Below the pieces are notes generated by a model. It searched no databases. It saw only the letters and a program-made list of their open reading frames with translations, and was not told the origin of the DNA. The position numbers were made by a program, and so were the translations under genes. Shown one piece after another: positions 60,586-64,000 of a stretch of 64,000 nucleotides of DNA; the first letter of the stretch is position 1; each line of letters starts with the position of its first letter. Source of the stretch: Bacteroidales bacterium (GTDB lineage Bacteria; Bacteroidota; Bacteroidia; Bacteroidales; UBA10428); NCBI GenBank assembly GCA_050287785.1, contig JBNKCO010000003.1:31294-95293 (forward strand). The letters are read 5' to 3'.

Positions 60586-62592
60586 ATGAATACCAATAGC
60601 AAAGTAGGAAGGCCATTTATTCTTGGAACAAGTTTATTAGTTTTTATACTTTTCCAACATGTTATTCCAACAGTCCTTTTGTTTCTATCTATTCCTTTAA
60701 ATCCTTTATATTTTCCTCTCGGATTTGTTTTTGGCCTTTTGTGGTTAGTTTGGTTCACAATTAGCAATACAGCTTCAGAAGAAAAGTTGAAATCATTAAT
60801 AATTAATACCTCTATTTATATAGGAGCTATTCTGTTTTCAATTCTTTTTGTTTCAATGTTTTACGATTCTTCTTTTGATGGGCAATTTTATCAGCAAGTA
60901 GGGGCTATTTATCTTAAAGAAGGATGGAACCCGGTAAAAACCCAGTTGGAAAACGAACCAATAATAAATCATTATGCTCAGGGTGCATGGGTTGTATGGG
61001 GATCGGCATATTCGTTTCTGGGTAAAATTGAACTTTCAAAATATGTGAGTTTTACACTTATTTTTTCATCATTCTTTTTAGTTCTTGCAGCACTTAAATC
61101 CATAGGATCAAACAAATCTTTAATCAATTACCCCATTGCTGTTATTTTGGCCTTTAATCCTGTAAGTATCTATCAATCGGTCTCCTTTTATCTTGATGGG
61201 CTTGTTTCCAGCACGATAATAATTTTGCTTTCTTTTTTTGTCCTTCATTATAGAAGCAGAAGAAAAAGAGAATTAAATCTACTCATAATTATTACCCTTT
61301 CTTTTTTGGCAAACTTAAAGTTTACCGGAGTAGGTTTTGCTATTGTTTTCATGGGAGGCTTCGTATTTCTGTACTTATTAATCAAAGACTACAAACAATT
61401 TGTAAGGTTGATAATAGCAAGTATTATAAGTATAATATTGGGTGTTGGAATTTCAGGGTTTCATCCTTACGTGAAAAATACAAGAGATTTTGGCCATCCG
61501 TTTTATCCACTAAATGAACAGGATTTAATGGAAAACCATGGAGCAGTAAACTTCAAAGAGCATAATAGGGTTGTAAATTTGTTTGTTTCTGTTTTTTCTC
61601 GCTCGGAGGGGTGGATTTCACCTACCCAACCAACAAAATGGAAGATACCTTTTGACACAACCGATCAGGGTGCATTTATGGGCAATGATGCAAGAGTTGG
61701 TGGATTTGGCAGTTTGTTTAGTGCAATTATGTTGGTGTCAATTATACTCGTTACACTCATTCTTTTTCGGTCGAAAAAAGATATTTGGGTAGTCCTTTAC
61801 CTGTTATTCATATTATTTTTTTCCGTGATAATTGTTTCTGCAGCCTGGTGGGCAAGGTATGTCCCTCAATTCTTTATTATTCCAGTTGTTATTACAATTT
61901 GGGCGCTTATCGGTAAGGGTAATTCCAGACAGATAAAAATATTAGGGGCTTTTAGCGTTTTTTTATTCTTTATAAATGCAATAATGATCGCAAATGCAAA
62001 TTTTTCAAATATAAGTAAGGTAACCAGGGAAATAAGTCAACAGATTGAGCAAATTGGCAATCGACCCATAAAAGTAGATTTTACATGTTTTGGTTCAATG
62101 GAGAAAAGGTTTTCTGAAGCAGGAATTCATTATAGTAATACAGGTCTTAAATCAGCAGAATCATTGATGATTGCCGGTGGGCAGAATATGGCGAAATTTG
62201 TATTTCATGATTCTTTATTTACTCAAGTCACACAAGTTCATGACTCAATTATTAATTCTGAGATGCTTGAGAATCAACTTAAATCAATTGGAAAAATAAT
62301 ATTTGGGGAATCAATTCGAGTGACTGGATACTTACCAGCAGATAAAGAGGTTTCCTTTGAGTTGATAGAAAATGAGCACCATATTAAAACATTAAAAAAT
62401 AAATTATCTTCAGAAGAAAGTAGTTTAACTAAGTTTAATGAAATTTTTATAGCGGACAGGGATTATTCAGCAGTTTCTATTAAAATAAACTACCCTGAAA
62501 ACGACACAATTATTATAAAAGATTTGACTATAACAATAAACAAATTTAAGGATTCAAATTCCGATGATTTTAAAATTACTTCGAGCAAATAA
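60586..62592 (+). CDS. Polytopic membrane protein, probable GT-C fold glycosyltransferase
   Basis: About 13 TM helices; YDSSFDGQFYQ acidic loop motif, SFYLDG, NLKFTG, GHPFYP, WWARY; soluble C-terminal domain. Confidence 0.65.
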   Translation: MNTNSKVGRPFILGTSLLVFILFQHVIPTVLLFLSIPLNPLYFPLGFVFGLLWLVWFTISNTASEEKLKSLIINTSIYIGAILFSILFVSMFYDSSFDGQFYQQVGAIYLKEGWNPVKTQLENEPIINHYAQGAWVVWGSAYSFLGKIELSKYVSFTLIFSSFFLVLAALKSIGSNKSLINYPIAVILAFNPVSIYQSVSFYLDGLVSSTIIILLSFFVLHYRSRRKRELNLLIIITLSFLANLKFTGVGFAIVFMGGFVFLYLLIKDYKQFVRLIIASIISIILGVGISGFHPYVKNTRDFGHPFYPLNEQDLMENHGAVNFKEHNRVVNLFVSVFSRSEGWISPTQPTKWKIPFDTTDQGAFMGNDARVGGFGSLFSAIMLVSIILVTLILFRSKKDIWVVLYLLFILFFSVIIVSAAWWARYVPQFFIIPVVITIWALIGKGNSRQIKILGAFSVFLFFINAIMIANANFSNISKVTREISQQIEQIGNRPIKVDFTCFGSMEKRFSEAGIHYSNTGLKSAESLMIAGGQNMAKFVFHDSLFTQVTQVHDSIINSEMLENQLKSIGKIIFGESIRVTGYLPADKEVSFELIENEHHIKTLKNKLSSEESSLTKFNEIFIADRDYSAVSIKINYPENDTIIIKDLTITINKFKDSNSDDFKITSSK

Positions 62593-63433
62593 TTGGATAA
62601 AAAATTTACTGGTTTTCGCTCCGGTTATTTTTTCATTCAACCTTTACAATAAAGAACTATTGTTTAGGGAATTATTAGCGTTTATAGGTTTTTGTTTAAC
62701 CGCATCTGCTATATATATTATGAACGATATAGTTGATAAAAAGAAAGATGCTATACATCCAAGAAAAAAGAACCGACCTCTTGCCTCAGGTAAAGTAAAA
62801 CCAGGTGTGGCCTATTTAGTTATTTTTATTCTGGTAGCGGTTTCATTTGTTATTTCCCAATTTCTATCTATAGACTACATGTTAGTTCTTGTTTTATATG
62901 TTATACTAAACTTAGCATATACCACTTTTTTAAAGAAAGTTAATCTTATCGAAATTCTTATTGTCACCCTGTTTTTTGTACTGAGAATATTGGCCGGATG
63001 TGCAGCTATTCAGGTTGAGCCTAGTCAATGGATAATAATGGTTACATTCTTTGTTGCAATATTTCTTACAGCAATAAAGCGGAAATCTGAACTAATTATT
63101 CTGGATAAAGAAGCAGGAAATCACAGGGAAGTACTTAAGCATTACTCATCAGAATTTCTTGACTTCGTTGTATACATTTCAGCAACAATTACAATTTTTG
63201 GCTATGTTTTATATTCTATGGATTCAAGAACCATTGAAACGTTTAGTAATTCGGGCCTTATTTACTCTTCTTTTTTTGTGGTACTAGGATTATTCAGATT
63301 TATTCAATTAAGTAAAACCTCAAGCTATAATGGAGAAAGCGATCCTACATTTCTTATACTGAAAGACAGGTTTCTTCAATTAACTTTACTTATGTGGGGT
63401 GCCAGTGTATTTGCAATTTTATATGTTTTTTAA
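62564..63433 (+). CDS. UbiA family decaprenyl/polyprenyl-phosphate phosphoribosyltransferase
   Basis: WIKNLLVFAP, NDIVDKKKDAIHPRKKNRPLASG, KRKSEL, GESDPT...KD. Confidence 0.88.
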   Translation: MILKLLRANNWIKNLLVFAPVIFSFNLYNKELLFRELLAFIGFCLTASAIYIMNDIVDKKKDAIHPRKKNRPLASGKVKPGVAYLVIFILVAVSFVISQFLSIDYMLVLVLYVILNLAYTTFLKKVNLIEILIVTLFFVLRILAGCAAIQVEPSQWIIMVTFFVAIFLTAIKRKSELIILDKEAGNHREVLKHYSSEFLDFVVYISATITIFGYVLYSMDSRTIETFSNSGLIYSSFFVVLGLFRFIQLSKTSSYNGESDPTFLILKDRFLQLTLLMWGASVFAILYVF

Positions 63434-64000
63434 TGAAAGATATTGCACTATTCGGTTTCGATGGTACTTTGTATAAAAGAGATTCTTTTTTTGATATTTG
63501 CAAATTCATTTTTAGCAAAAGGCCTTTTAGAATTATTTTTGTTATTTTTCAATTAGTAGGATTGCTGTTTTTTGAACCAAGATTAATTAAAGCCAGGCAG
63601 GTAAAAGAAATATTTCTTTTGTATTTATTTCTGCTGCCATCGGAGAAATTAAATAAGCTATCTGGCGATTTCTGGTCTGCTTTGAATCCTGTTAATTTTA
63701 ATAAGGAAGTTGAGATTAAATTTCGAGAGGTTGTGAAAAATGGAATTGAGCCAGTTTGCATTAGTGCAACTCCCGATATATTTTTAAATGAAGTTTCTGA
63801 ACAATCTTGAATGCAACTTATTTCCACCAAAACAGAATATAAGAATGAGAATTATTGAATTAAGGTAAAAACTGATGGGGAGCAGAAAAAATAACCGATT
63901 AATGGCTGAGTACCTTATGAGTAGTAATAATATTGCATTTGCCTGCAGCGATAACTATGAGGATAAAGAATGACTTAATTTGGCAGGAAAGAGCCTTTTT
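63433..64000 (+). pseudogene. Decayed HAD-IB family phosphatase
   Basis: Motif I FGFDGTL (catalytic Asp replaced by Gly), ISAT motif II; TGA at 63808, 63856, 63873 and 63971; two frameshifts; remnants GKN*WGAEKI and ACSDNYED. Confidence 0.8.

Noticed and set aside
312-63830. Many short ORFs antisense to or out of frame within long genes (e.g. 13796-14242, 24686-25027, 57408-57785)
   Set aside because: Shadow ORFs lying within or mostly overlapping well-supported genes, with no independent motifs.
63808-63973. TGA recoding (alternative genetic code or selenocysteine) in the HAD gene
   Set aside because: TGA ends normal genes in this window (14792, 52895, 54071), and the region also has frameshifts and a lost catalytic Asp.

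Overview
This is an AT-rich chromosomal window from a Bacteroidota (Bacteroidales/Marinilabiliales-like) genome. Support for that lineage comes from TAnnTTTG -7 promoter elements, a short Bacteroidota-type sigma70, porQ-cmk-ispH, hpt-adk-obgE, parC/parE and lysS with a C-terminal extension. Most genes are housekeeping (recJ, lipB, lipA, priA, purE, a PHP histidinol phosphatase, aminopeptidase P), mixed with envelope genes. No rRNA, tRNA, CRISPR array, transposase or integrase was seen. The best novelty candidate is a PadR operon (13231-14792) with a palindromic operator. Its membrane partner looks like a single-chain fusion of two GldL/PorL-like TM hairpins, a GldM/PorM-like TM helix and a GldM D1-like helical domain, i.e. 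parts of the T9SS/gliding motor lacking the proton-coupling residues. Other leads are a GT-C + polyprenyl-phosphoribosyltransferase + decayed HAD cluster, an apparently nuclease-dead HNH-HTH-HTH protein, four operator-like boxes spaced exactly 21 bp apart, back-to-back ECF-type promoters, and several gene relics. All family assignments come from motif recognition by eye; no database searches were run.
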